64,000 bases of DNA from Candidatus Bathyarchaeia archaeon. Lineage in GTDB: Archaea; Thermoproteota; Bathyarchaeia; Bathyarchaeales; Bathycorpusculaceae. Within the stretch, counting starts at the first letter, position 1. Every line of letters starts with the position of its first letter. The notes beneath the pieces are model-generated. The model saw nothing but the letters and a program-made list of their open reading frames with translations. It had not been told where the DNA came from and did not search any database. Where the stretch lies: assembly GCA_049515895.1 (NCBI GenBank), contig JBEKTQ010000012.1, positions 25,026 to 89,025 on the forward strand, in the 5' to 3' direction. The translations under genes and the position numbers were made by a program. Shown here one piece after another: positions 31,413 through 40,710 of this stretch.

Positions 31413-32641
31413 ATAGTGTTGACTTAACATTCAAGCATAATATCAATAAAGGCAGACATGGCTGGATTCGATTAACACCCGCTTATTCGATAATTTTAGT
31501 GAAGAACATTCTCGATGACTTATCAGATGGCGAAAAAGAGTATGTTCTTGACCCCTTTTCTGGAACAGGAACCACAGGATTAGTGAGTGCCGAAAGTGGG
31601 ATACCTTGCGATTTGTATGAAACAAATCCATTTCTCGAATGGATTGCAAGAGCTAAAACGCGAAGATATTCTTCAGACCAGATTGAAAATGCTCGAAAAG
31701 CAGCATTACTAATAATAAAAGACGCAAACGATTATCCAAGCAATAAACTATGGGCACCAGCTATTTTCAGAATAGAGCGATGGTGGAATCCCACGGTATT
31801 AGATGTTCTGAAACGTGTTTGTTTTGGGATTAGTCTAAATACTGAAAAAGATGATGGGTACATAGCTGATTTGCTCAGAGTCGCATTTTGTAAATTGCTA
31901 ATCAAGTGGTCAAATGCAGCTTTTAATCATCAATCCATGAGTTTCAAACAAGAGGCACAAAATGATTCACTCAAAGACAACTTGCTGAAAGAAATGCTTG
32001 ATTTCTTTGAACTCGAGTTGAACCAGATATTAGAAGCAGCATCACAAAATCCAAATGCTCAGGTAAATGTTTACCTTCATAACTCAAAGAAAATGCCTTC
32101 AGACATAAAGAGTAGGTATACTTGTGTCATCACATCCCCGCCTTATGCTAATAGAATGAGTTACGTAAGGGAAGTGAGACCCTACATGTATTGGCTGAAC
32201 CTAATTAAAGAAAGCAAAGAAGCTGCTGACATAGAATGGGATGCAACAGGTGGAACATGGGGCACAGCAACAAGCAGGCTCAATGGCTGGAAACCCAGAG
32301 GGTTTTTCAAAAATGATAGAGAGTTCTTGGAAATGATTACTAAAATTAATGCGGAAAGTCAATTACTGGCTAATTATGTTCATAGATATTTTGAAGACAT
32401 GTATTCTCATTTTTCAAGTCTCTCTTCAGTCCTAAAACAAAGCGCACAATTGCACTATATCATCGGAAACTCGAAGTTCTATGATATTATTGTTCCAACT
32501 GAAGAAATTTACGCTAAAATCATGAAGAACAATGGATTTGAAAATGTCAAGACAAACCTGTTGAGGAAAAGAAGCTCCAAAAAAGAGCTATATGAGTTTC
32601 ATATTTCTGCGAATTATGAAAAATCTTCATTAATGTGCTGA
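31409..32641 (+). CDS. Amino-DNA methyltransferase (probably N4-cytosine)
   Basis: VLDPFSGTGTT (motif I) before ITSPPY (motif IV). Confidence 0.9.
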   Translation: MNSVDLTFKHNINKGRHGWIRLTPAYSIILVKNILDDLSDGEKEYVLDPFSGTGTTGLVSAESGIPCDLYETNPFLEWIARAKTRRYSSDQIENARKAALLIIKDANDYPSNKLWAPAIFRIERWWNPTVLDVLKRVCFGISLNTEKDDGYIADLLRVAFCKLLIKWSNAAFNHQSMSFKQEAQNDSLKDNLLKEMLDFFELELNQILEAASQNPNAQVNVYLHNSKKMPSDIKSRYTCVITSPPYANRMSYVREVRPYMYWLNLIKESKEAADIEWDATGGTWGTATSRLNGWKPRGFFKNDREFLEMITKINAESQLLANYVHRYFEDMYSHFSSLSSVLKQSAQLHYIIGNSKFYDIIVPTEEIYAKIMKNNGFENVKTNLLRKRSSKKELYEFHISANYEKSSLMC

Positions 32642-32716
32642 ATTGAAAAGATGAGAGAGATTCTAAATCTCTAAGTTTTAAATATCAACACAGCACAAAC
32701 AACTAAACGATTCCAA

Positions 32717-33619
32717 ATGACCACTACAACTAAAGAAATGAAACTTACTTTGACTCTGAGAGACCCCAGAGCAAAAGAAATCGTTGAAGCAATCCCAGTC
32801 AAACAAAGAGATGAAGCCATAGAAAAGTACATCATACTTGGAGACATGGTTGTCTCTCACGCTTCACTAACCACCAGTAAAGAGACCGTGGAACAATTCT
32901 TCGCACCCCTCACACAAGATATAGAAAACATAAGAGAACAACTAAGACAGATAGTTCCCACAGTAAAAACTCCTTCAATGAAGGGGAAAATAACAGTAGA
33001 AGCAGTATATAATAGTCTGCGAGAGCACTTCATGGATGACACATTCGAAGATGTCTCAAGAATAGGAAAATACACAGACATCCTTGCCACAACTTCAGAG
33101 TCAAAAACTCCTGTCCTAATAGAATTAAAAGACTACGATAACACCGTACCTACAATTGAAGTAGAAAAGTTTTGGAGAGACATAGAACTCAGAGGAACAC
33201 GATACGGAATATTCATTTCCATGCGAACAGCCATAACAAAGTGCTCAAGTTGCATCAACCTCAAGACAGAAATGAACAAGACAGCCATTTTCGTCAACAA
33301 CAGTGAACTCAACTGGTCAGGACATATCTTCGCTTTTTATGTCATCAAAAAGATAGCGGAACTAGAATCTATCAAGAAGAAAGAGTTGAAAGGCGAAGAG
33401 GTCAACAAAGTGATTGCTAAAGTCAACAAGCACATCCAAGACCTACAGAAACAAGTTGACTCCATAGAAAAGATAATCGAAATCTCTGAGAAGCTCAAAA
33501 CAACCGCTAAGAACAGCCTTGAGGACTTAATCAGCATTTCAAACGCTTTGAAGAGAAATATGAACGAGAAAATCAAGGATGTGCTTACTGATTTGGAAGG
33601 AGTAACCATCTGTGAATAA
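32717..33619 (+). CDS. Coiled-coil PD-(D/E)XK protein (RmuC/DUF2130-like)
   Basis: KGKITVE...TDIL...IELKDY flanked by coiled coils. Confidence 0.6.
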   Translation: MTTTTKEMKLTLTLRDPRAKEIVEAIPVKQRDEAIEKYIILGDMVVSHASLTTSKETVEQFFAPLTQDIENIREQLRQIVPTVKTPSMKGKITVEAVYNSLREHFMDDTFEDVSRIGKYTDILATTSESKTPVLIELKDYDNTVPTIEVEKFWRDIELRGTRYGIFISMRTAITKCSSCINLKTEMNKTAIFVNNSELNWSGHIFAFYVIKKIAELESIKKKELKGEEVNKVIAKVNKHIQDLQKQVDSIEKIIEISEKLKTTAKNSLEDLISISNALKRNMNEKIKDVLTDLEGVTICE

Positions 33620-34235
33620 TCTATGTCCATTCTTCAAGACTGACTGTCATGGTAACGAATGTGCAATGTGGAAAGACGAGCATTGTCTCATCGTTAATTT
33701 CCTTCAAAGTTTTCAACAGTATGCTTCAGAAGGCTCTGAAGCTTCATCGGAAGAGGGAATGGGAATAGATGTTGAAGTACCTGTAAGAGAAAGTGCAAGA
33801 GTGCCTAAGTGGTTGAAAACTGCCACTGCTGAATCTTTAGCTAAGGAAATTCTTGAATTTAAAGATGAAAAGTTCCCAGATGGAGATAGGTTTGGCACGT
33901 ACTCTGCTTCTCGACTGTTTTGGAGTAGTAGAGGGGTGCAGAGGTTTGGTTTGACACCTGAAATAGAGACAAAAATCGAGCAAGCGGACATGTTGGCAGA
34001 ACAACAGATGAGGAAAGAAGAAGCTGATAAGCGTGTTGAACGATTCACAAGAGAGAAAGAAGAACTCCCATCGTTGATAGGTCAATGTGTAGATTATGCT
34101 AGGTCGAATGAGTTGAAGAAGCTCACTCAAGGCGAAGTAGAAGCTTTTGTCCAAGAGAAAGGCATGGATATACTACCTGAAACATTGAGGCTTCTTTGGA
34201 CTAAAACCAATTTAGCGTTAAAGACTGGAAAATAA
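33612..34235 (+). CDS. Hypothetical protein with N-terminal Cys cluster
   Basis: CPFFKTDCHGNECAMW...C; overlaps upstream gene. Confidence 0.65.
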   Translation: MNNLCPFFKTDCHGNECAMWKDEHCLIVNFLQSFQQYASEGSEASSEEGMGIDVEVPVRESARVPKWLKTATAESLAKEILEFKDEKFPDGDRFGTYSASRLFWSSRGVQRFGLTPEIETKIEQADMLAEQQMRKEEADKRVERFTREKEELPSLIGQCVDYARSNELKKLTQGEVEAFVQEKGMDILPETLRLLWTKTNLALKTGK

Positions 34236-34389
34236 CAAAGCCGAAGGCGCGTGTGCTATTCAAAGACCTACCAGACTTCAAACAGTACTGGGAAGAGAAC
34301 ATTGGCGAATGGGAAAACTCAACAATAGTCTGAATACATGAGTTTGAGTCGTAAGTAAAATTTAAAATGTCTAAAGAACAATACCTGAC

Positions 34390-35463
34390 TTGGTGCTTAA
34401 ATTGGAAAGTGTATTTTCACAAGAGCAAATTGATAAGCTAATATCATGGAAGAGCTTTTTTCAAACGGAGAAAGTGCAAGCTTGGAAGGTTATTGAAGAC
34501 AAAGCTGAGGAAGAAATACATAACATCTTAGAAACAACGGGCTTTGCCAAAGGAACTAACCTTACGGAAGCGAACATAGACCAGATTTTTCATTTAATGA
34601 GAAGCTTTTCTGCAAATAGAGCATTATCAAACCTTCTATATAGAAACAACACGATTGAAGTTTTTAACCAAAAACTGAGAGAACTCTATTTTGGAAATTC
34701 ACCTTTTTCTCAAAAAGTTAATGAGTTTTTCAAACTCGATGGAATAGGAATGCAAACTTTATCGCAACTTCTTGTAGCACTAGATTCTAGAAAGTATCCG
34801 CTTATCACTTCCCAAACTAAAGATGTTTTAGAGCTTGATGCGCAACAGGAGCAGAAAGCATTGGAGATAGCATTGAAGAAGTTTGAGATAGTAGACTCCC
34901 AGCAATATCTAGATTTAACGCTTGATTATCTCGCGGATTTTGTGATTTTTGAACAAATTAAAGAGCTAACCAACCTAGAAAAGTATACCTCTGTTAACAA
35001 TATTATATGGTTTGCCAACAAAGAAGACAAAGTAGGTCCAGAAGAAGCTCTTGAGCAATATACCTCTTTTACTATTGAGAAAGACCTTAAGGAATACTTA
35101 GCAAAGAATCCACATCTTTTGGAAAAAGGACTTAAAATGATTGGGAAGGAATTTCCAACCAAAGAAGTTGGAAACATTGACCTTCTTCTAGTCGATAACA
35201 AAGGCTATGATGTTGTTGTAGAGTTGAAGAAAGGCAGAGCAAGCGATGATGTAGTTGGTCAAATATCGCGTTACATGGGATGGGTAATCAAAAACAGAAA
35301 CAAAAAAACCAGAGGTATCATAGTAGTTAACGAACCTGACCAGCGGTTGGACTACTCTATATTGCCTTTTGGTGGTTCGATAAAAATAAAGTACTATCGA
35401 GTCAAGTTTGACTTAACTGACGAATACAAAGAAGACAAGTCCAATTCCGTTGAAGAGAAGTGA
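34390..35463 (+). CDS. NucS/EndoMS-like nuclease domain protein with N-terminal HhH-like domain
   Basis: EKDLKEYLAKNPHLLE...GNIDLL...VVVELKKG...GQISRYMGW. Confidence 0.85.
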   Translation: MVLKLESVFSQEQIDKLISWKSFFQTEKVQAWKVIEDKAEEEIHNILETTGFAKGTNLTEANIDQIFHLMRSFSANRALSNLLYRNNTIEVFNQKLRELYFGNSPFSQKVNEFFKLDGIGMQTLSQLLVALDSRKYPLITSQTKDVLELDAQQEQKALEIALKKFEIVDSQQYLDLTLDYLADFVIFEQIKELTNLEKYTSVNNIIWFANKEDKVGPEEALEQYTSFTIEKDLKEYLAKNPHLLEKGLKMIGKEFPTKEVGNIDLLLVDNKGYDVVVELKKGRASDDVVGQISRYMGWVIKNRNKKTRGIIVVNEPDQRLDYSILPFGGSIKIKYYRVKFDLTDEYKEDKSNSVEEK

Positions 35464-36302
35464 AAAGAATGCGATTACTCTTCAAGGAAGCCATCGAGAC
35501 TTGCTTTCACCCATCAGAAGAACGTTCAAAGAAGCTAAATGAGTGGGTTAAAAACGCAAACTCAGCAAGAGACACAAAAAATGCAGATGCTAAACTAAAC
35601 CAGTACGACAAAGCTGAAGAACTAATAACCTTCTACACCTTCGCTCCCTTGGTGTTAAGCTTAAACAGGGTAGGCTTAACCAATAGAATTCTCGGTTTGG
35701 CTGGTGTAAGTACGTTTGAAGAGGAAGTAGTTGATGTTGCTCTGGAACGACAATACAGACCACCAAAAGGCTACTTGAAATGGATAAGAGATGAAGTTAA
35801 GAATCATCCTGTAAAATACATTCGAGAACAGGCTAACGCACACAAAGCAAACCAGCCGTTAGAATCAAACACTCACGTTGACGCATTCATAGAAACCGAC
35901 AAATTGCTAATCTTCTTTGAAATAAAGTTCACCTCAGACATCTCCCACAGCACAACCTTCAACCCTTGCAGAAACCAGTTGGCAAGGTTAATCGATGTTG
36001 GATTAGATGTGAATGAACACAATGGCAAAGAAGTACTAGTTATTCTGTCAACTCCACGCAGATTCTTCGAAAAGAAGAGCAGACTCTACTACTATAAAAT
36101 CGCGGAATACGCTCACCCAGAGAAAATAAAGGAAGACATCGAGTGGAGAAGCCTTTCAACTATTAAAGATAACGTTTTAGCTGTAAGGTGGATTGCTCTC
36201 GGAGACCTGATTGATGTACTCTACAAAGACTTTGAGCATAAGGACAAAGAAGAAGCATTAGAGTTCTTCAAAGAGAGAAACCTATCGTCAAATGTTACGT
36301 AG
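35460..36302 (+). CDS. Putative PD-(D/E)XK endonuclease (PGN_0703-like)
   Basis: ESNTHVDAFI...FEIKFTSD...RNQLARLID; GTGA overlap with upstream gene. Confidence 0.7.
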   Translation: MKRMRLLFKEAIETCFHPSEERSKKLNEWVKNANSARDTKNADAKLNQYDKAEELITFYTFAPLVLSLNRVGLTNRILGLAGVSTFEEEVVDVALERQYRPPKGYLKWIRDEVKNHPVKYIREQANAHKANQPLESNTHVDAFIETDKLLIFFEIKFTSDISHSTTFNPCRNQLARLIDVGLDVNEHNGKEVLVILSTPRRFFEKKSRLYYYKIAEYAHPEKIKEDIEWRSLSTIKDNVLAVRWIALGDLIDVLYKDFEHKDKEEALEFFKERNLSSNVT

Positions 36303-36555
36303 CACATTATGTCAAACGTTAGTCATCGTTCCCTCTTGTTTGCCACAGAATAAGGTCAATCTTCTTAGTGTTGGAAATTCCAGAACTCGGAAATTTCTTA
36401 TCAAACTCGATAATCGCTTCCTTGCTTTTCTCTGTATTTAGATAATTCTTGTACCAGTCAACAATTGAAACGTACAACTTCTTTGTCTTGTTTTTAAGGT
36501 TAACTATTTAGCGTTTTGGAAGCGCGCGCTTAAAAGCGACAATAAAAAAAAGCGA

Positions 36556-36777
36556 TTATGGTTTACCCATTCGCTTCTTATATATTTCATCGATGGTAGT
36601 AGTGCCCGGAATGTTGTAAGCCTTAGCAATCGCCACAGCTTCGTCAACCCTTTTAGCGTCTAATAGACTGAGCCTTAAGAGTAAATCAACAAAACCTTCT
36701 TTACTCATTCCTTGGGTATTTCTAATCTTTTCAATCATATCATTTACTTCATAGCTAAGATATACTTGTGCAGACAT
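36556..36777 (-). CDS. Ribbon-helix-helix-like small protein
   Basis: AQVYLS beta strand then helices, GMSKEGFVDLLL. Confidence 0.55.
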   Translation of the reverse strand: MSAQVYLSYEVNDMIEKIRNTQGMSKEGFVDLLLRLSLLDAKRVDEAVAIAKAYNIPGTTTIDEIYKKRMGKP

Positions 36778-37146
36778 ACTGTTTCACAAATTCCTCTCCA
36801 AGCAGGTGCTATAAACATTTTTTAAAATTTGAAGAACCCAGATTTAAGCTTATTTTACAATAACAAGTCCAAAGCTTGGCAATGAGGCGATATTTATTTT
36901 TTTTACTTGAAGAATAGACAGCTTTGGATTCCTTTTCAAAAAATAAACCGAAATAAGCCTTTTTCGAAATTGCAGTTTGTAGCCCTATCTTCTACTCGAC
37001 CACTCTGGGGCCGTATGACACACACACGCGCTTACTAAACTTCCTGCAATTGTGAACACACCCTGCATGTGTATTAGCAAGTTTAAACTAAATTTGTAAA
37101 CCAGTATTTTTTATTGATAAATTAAAATTTAATCTCTATTGCTAAT

Positions 37147-37283
37147 TCGGTTTGTCTTCTTTTCATATTTGAAATTCTAAGCAAAACCACCTCGTATTCT
37201 TAATGATAGAGGTGTTTGAAATGAGGAAAAAAGCAAAAGGTGTGGAGACAAACAACGATATCAGCTGCTGGATTGCAAAACTG
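37147..37283 (+). repeat. Left copy of diverged inverted repeat (promoter + RBS + first about 21 codons)
   Basis: Aligns with the reverse complement of 39135-39272; 64/80 identity over 37204-37283 by hand count. Confidence 0.88.
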
Positions 37284-37763
37284 GAGAAATTCTATGAGGC
37301 CTTCGCGAGGGCTTCTAGGAAACATGGCTATCTGCTCGAATTCTTGAAATCGGAGGCTCCGCCCTGCAACGAACGGGGAGAAAAATTATCGTTTGAAAAA
37401 CTTTTTAGATTGTATGATGGTGACATACCGCTTGATTTTAAATGGAGATATGAGTTTTTTCTCGAAGACAACGAGGTCCTAAGAAAAGTTTTATGCTCAC
37501 TAAAGCAGAACGGCTACGAGATGGCTTTTAATTTTACTGCACCAGATGCTATCCTCGGCAATGTTGCGGTTAGAATTGATGATAAGTGGTTTGCAATCGG
37601 CGAATGTAAAAGCTTTTGGTCTAACCCCGTATGGGACTCCGAAGGCGAACCCACGATTGAACCAGCAGCCATTTGGATACTAAAACTGTGGCCTCCATTC
37701 TATGTTCTTTCAAACCCAAAAAATAAGGAAATAGACTTGGAAGTCGCGCTTTCAATACCATAG
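37221..37763 (+). CDS. Hypothetical protein, paralog A
   Basis: GAGGTG RBS before ATG 37221; FNFTAPDAILGNVAVRIDDKWFAIGEC shared with next gene. Confidence 0.75.
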   Translation: MRKKAKGVETNNDISCWIAKLEKFYEAFARASRKHGYLLEFLKSEAPPCNERGEKLSFEKLFRLYDGDIPLDFKWRYEFFLEDNEVLRKVLCSLKQNGYEMAFNFTAPDAILGNVAVRIDDKWFAIGECKSFWSNPVWDSEGEPTIEPAAIWILKLWPPFYVLSNPKNKEIDLEVALSIP

Positions 37764-37801
37764 GAAAAAGCACACATTAAGCAAAATCTCCCGTTTCTAT
37801 T

Positions 37802-38365
37802 TTGAGGAATGATGAAATGAATAACAAAGAAGAGAGAAATAGTATCGGCGACAAGTATAGTCTACTAATAGAGGAATTCTACTCGCGTCTGTCCGATGCA
37901 TCAAAGAGAGAAGGATATGCAATCGACTTTTTAATGGGTACAGCGGTTCCACTTGACAAAACTGGCCCACCCGATGAGTTAGATGAATTAGGACGACTAA
38001 ATAGTGCTCGACTACGTCCAGAAGACTATAATATCAACATTTTTCTCGAAGACAGTGATTTTCTTCTAAAAACTTTAACCGACTTGAAAGAAGCGTATAA
38101 GCTGGTATTCAACTTTACTGCAGCAGATTGCATCTTGGGAAATGTTGCTGTAAGAATCGAAGACGAATGGTTTGCAATTGGTGAATGCGCAATATCGGAA
38201 GTCGTTTTGCCCTATGGCGAGGAAGTGGAAGAAATAAACAGCTATTTTGGTGGAATCAGAATTCTGAGGTTGTGGTCTCCTTTCTATGTTCTTTCAAATA
38301 TGAATCGAATGAAAACAGAATTGACATTTGTACATCCAATAATTCCAATAGCAATCGAAGTCTAA
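37802..38365 (+). CDS. Hypothetical protein, paralog B
   Basis: FNFTAADCILGNVAVRIEDEWFAIGEC and ILRLWSPFYVLSN. Confidence 0.75.
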   Translation: MRNDEMNNKEERNSIGDKYSLLIEEFYSRLSDASKREGYAIDFLMGTAVPLDKTGPPDELDELGRLNSARLRPEDYNINIFLEDSDFLLKTLTDLKEAYKLVFNFTAADCILGNVAVRIEDEWFAIGECAISEVVLPYGEEVEEINSYFGGIRILRLWSPFYVLSNMNRMKTELTFVHPIIPIAIEV

Positions 38366-38738
38366 TTTAAGAACCTTCCAGCTAGCGGTCTTAGTATTTT
38401 GATATATTTCTTATGTCAAAGCTACCCACTATTTCCATGAAGGTTTTTTCCTTTCTTTTTTTATCTCGGATTTTTGCGATGAATGCCTCCAAAAACATTC
38501 TCTTCAATCACCAGAGTGTGACATAACAAAAGAACGCTGCCCAAAACTTGGTTCAAGTAAACTACAGAAAAAACTCGCATATCAGCTTACAGCTATACAA
38601 AATGAAATCAAGAAACTCAGGTCGAAAAATAGCGACCAAGAAGATAGTGTCTTGGGTTGAACTCCAAGAAAACTTTGCCGAAGCGTGGAACATTCACCAG
38701 TGTTCCCAAGTGGAAAGATTGTAATTTTAAGAAACGAA

Positions 38739-39197
38739 TCATTCGGCGGGGTGTAAAAGAGTCTTCACAAGAGCCTCTACAGCCTTTTCTTTCTCTTGAT
38801 ATGCTTCTTCCCCTAATTTTGAAATCACCGAATTAACCACGGCAGAATATATCGCAGTCACTTTCTCATACGGTTTGATAGCCATTGAAATTATATAATC
38901 AATAAACTCATGCCGTAAGGTCTCCAACGCCTTTTCCGCATTTTCTTCATATATGAAGATTACATCGTTTTTAACTTCACCCGATAATTCTAAATTTTCA
39001 GAAGCAGACCACACTACTTTTAGCGAGTGGCCCAAGTCAGCCAAAACTTTTAGCCGTTCTAATTCCATTTTTAGCATTGCCTCAACTTTGGCACTATTCG
39101 GTTGCCGCTTTCGCATAATAGGTTTGGGCGGGCGCAGTTTTGCAATTGGACAGCTGATCTTGTTGTTTGCATCCAGGCCTTTTGCTTCTGTCTCCAT
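38739..39197 (-). CDS. Small zincin-like (HExxD) protein
   Basis: LSGEVKNDVIFIYE...TLRHEFIDY; GAGGTG RBS before ATG 39197. Confidence 0.65.
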   Translation of the reverse strand: METEAKGLDANNKISCPIAKLRPPKPIMRKRQPNSAKVEAMLKMELERLKVLADLGHSLKVVWSASENLELSGEVKNDVIFIYEENAEKALETLRHEFIDYIISMAIKPYEKVTAIYSAVVNSVISKLGEEAYQEKEKAVEALVKTLLHPAE

Positions 39198-39272
39198 CTC
39201 TAACACCTCTATCACTAAAGAATAAGATGGTGAATTTGCTTAAAACGAAAATATAGAAATAAGATGCACCGA
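39135..39272 (-). repeat. Right copy of diverged inverted repeat
   Basis: See 37147-37283. Confidence 0.88.
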
Positions 39273-39475
39273 CGCGCGCGCTCTCATGAGAGTCTTTGCA
39301 GGGAAACCGAACAGTATTTTCGCAAAAGCCGATTGTGACAATTATGCCTTTTCCGTAGAGCTTATTTTTGTCCTCATCATGATAATGGTACTATGGATAT
39401 CAGTGTTTCTTTCGCCGTGAAACAAGCGTTTATGTTCTAAACAAACATTGATGCTATGCGCCATTTCTTTAAACC

Positions 39476-40057
39476 TCAATAAAGCCGTTTTTGCTCAAGT
39501 TTCTTCTTGGCGTGCGCGTTGGTTTCGGAGTCGTCAAGGGGAAGAGGTACAATTTTAGATTCTTGTAGAGGTTCTGCTGGAGGGGCTTCGGATTCTTCTA
39601 ATAGTTGTTCTACACGTTCGGCTTTTTTGGTTGGGGTGGTTTCTGAGTCGTACGTGAGAAGTGGTGCACCTTCAGGTTCTTGTTCGGCTTTTTTGGTTGG
39701 AAGAGGTACTGTTTTTATGCTTTCGCAAGTGGATATCTCTTTCTCTATTTTGTCAATTGCCAGTTTGACATTTTCTGGGTCATGCAACTTGTATAAGCTT
39801 TTGCGCTTAGATTTGTATGTACGATCTATCAATCCTTCAGTCACCAGCTTCACCAAGCGCTGGGGCTGGATTCGGACGTCGTCCCATTCCCATCCTTTGA
39901 AGTCCATTGTTTTCTCGTTGTTCTTCTCGTGCGAAATCGCAGCGTTTAAAACTGTAAGGTACTCGGGATTTTCCTTCAGAAACCTGACAATTCTTGCACA
40001 TGGGTCCGACTCTTCTGACAATGTATACCCCCAGTGGGGGTATGTATGCTTTGCCAT
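39476..40057 (-). CDS. wHTH-like domain protein with repetitive Pro/Glu tail
   Basis: GWEWDDV...LVKLVTEGLIDRTYKS; PTKKAE twice (19-bp DNA repeat at 39616 and 39682). Confidence 0.65.
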   Translation of the reverse strand: MAKHTYPHWGYTLSEESDPCARIVRFLKENPEYLTVLNAAISHEKNNEKTMDFKGWEWDDVRIQPQRLVKLVTEGLIDRTYKSKRKSLYKLHDPENVKLAIDKIEKEISTCESIKTVPLPTKKAEQEPEGAPLLTYDSETTPTKKAERVEQLLEESEAPPAEPLQESKIVPLPLDDSETNAHAKKKLEQKRLY

Positions 40058-40351
40058 ATAAAACCTACGGCTTTTTTGATCAAACGTTCCTCATTCTAAT
40101 GCATGTACACCCCCCCCCACTGATGTTGCCCTCACCAAGGGCTTTCAATACTGATACACTTTAGGGAAAACAGCAAATTCCAATGATCGAGTATTCTCAA
40201 AAACTGGTTAGAGTTTAATCCAAATGGCGCCCCCTAATTTACCGCGTGCTATGGCTCGTTTGTTGACATCGAAAATCGTGATGAACTACTGCATGCGAAA
40301 ATCTCAGAAGTTAAGCAAATTCATGCCCCTTATTCTTTAGTGAGATAAAAA

Positions 40352-40696
40352 ATGAAAAATCAAATTAAAGAAAAAGAATTAGAGCTATGGCAAGAAATTG
40401 TCGGAGAACGTCTTTCCATAGAAGAAAAAGCTGGCACATCTGCAGCAATTCTGAGAGTTCAAACGGAAGCTCTGGAAGCAGAAGCAATACAGAACTTAGA
40501 AACAAACTTTGGCCAAAAAACAGCCATTCTCAAAACAGGCAACCCTTCACAGCCTAATAGCATAAGAACATTGAGCGATACCACAATAGCGCACAATTTC
40601 TATTGTACGCTACAACAGTTTCGCACTACTTTCTTATTGACTTCGCTAAACGCGATTGCGTTCAAGTTTCCATTGCAGCAATTCGGATTGCGCTAA
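40352..40696 (+). CDS. Hypothetical protein
   Basis: ORF upstream of recombinase, GTGAG before ATG. Confidence 0.4.
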   Translation: MKNQIKEKELELWQEIVGERLSIEEKAGTSAAILRVQTEALEAEAIQNLETNFGQKTAILKTGNPSQPNSIRTLSDTTIAHNFYCTLQQFRTTFLLTSLNAIAFKFPLQQFGLR

Positions 40697-40710
40697 ACGG
40701 AGGAAGCAAA

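Noticed and set aside
38651-38668. CTTGG-GTTGAACT-CCAAG hairpin as another T-arm-like att
   Set aside because: Loop length and sequence are not T-loop-like and no acceptor strand follows
40603-40710. Longer recombinase N-terminus from ORF track
   Set aside because: Overlaps the upstream ORF; a better RBS precedes ATG 40711
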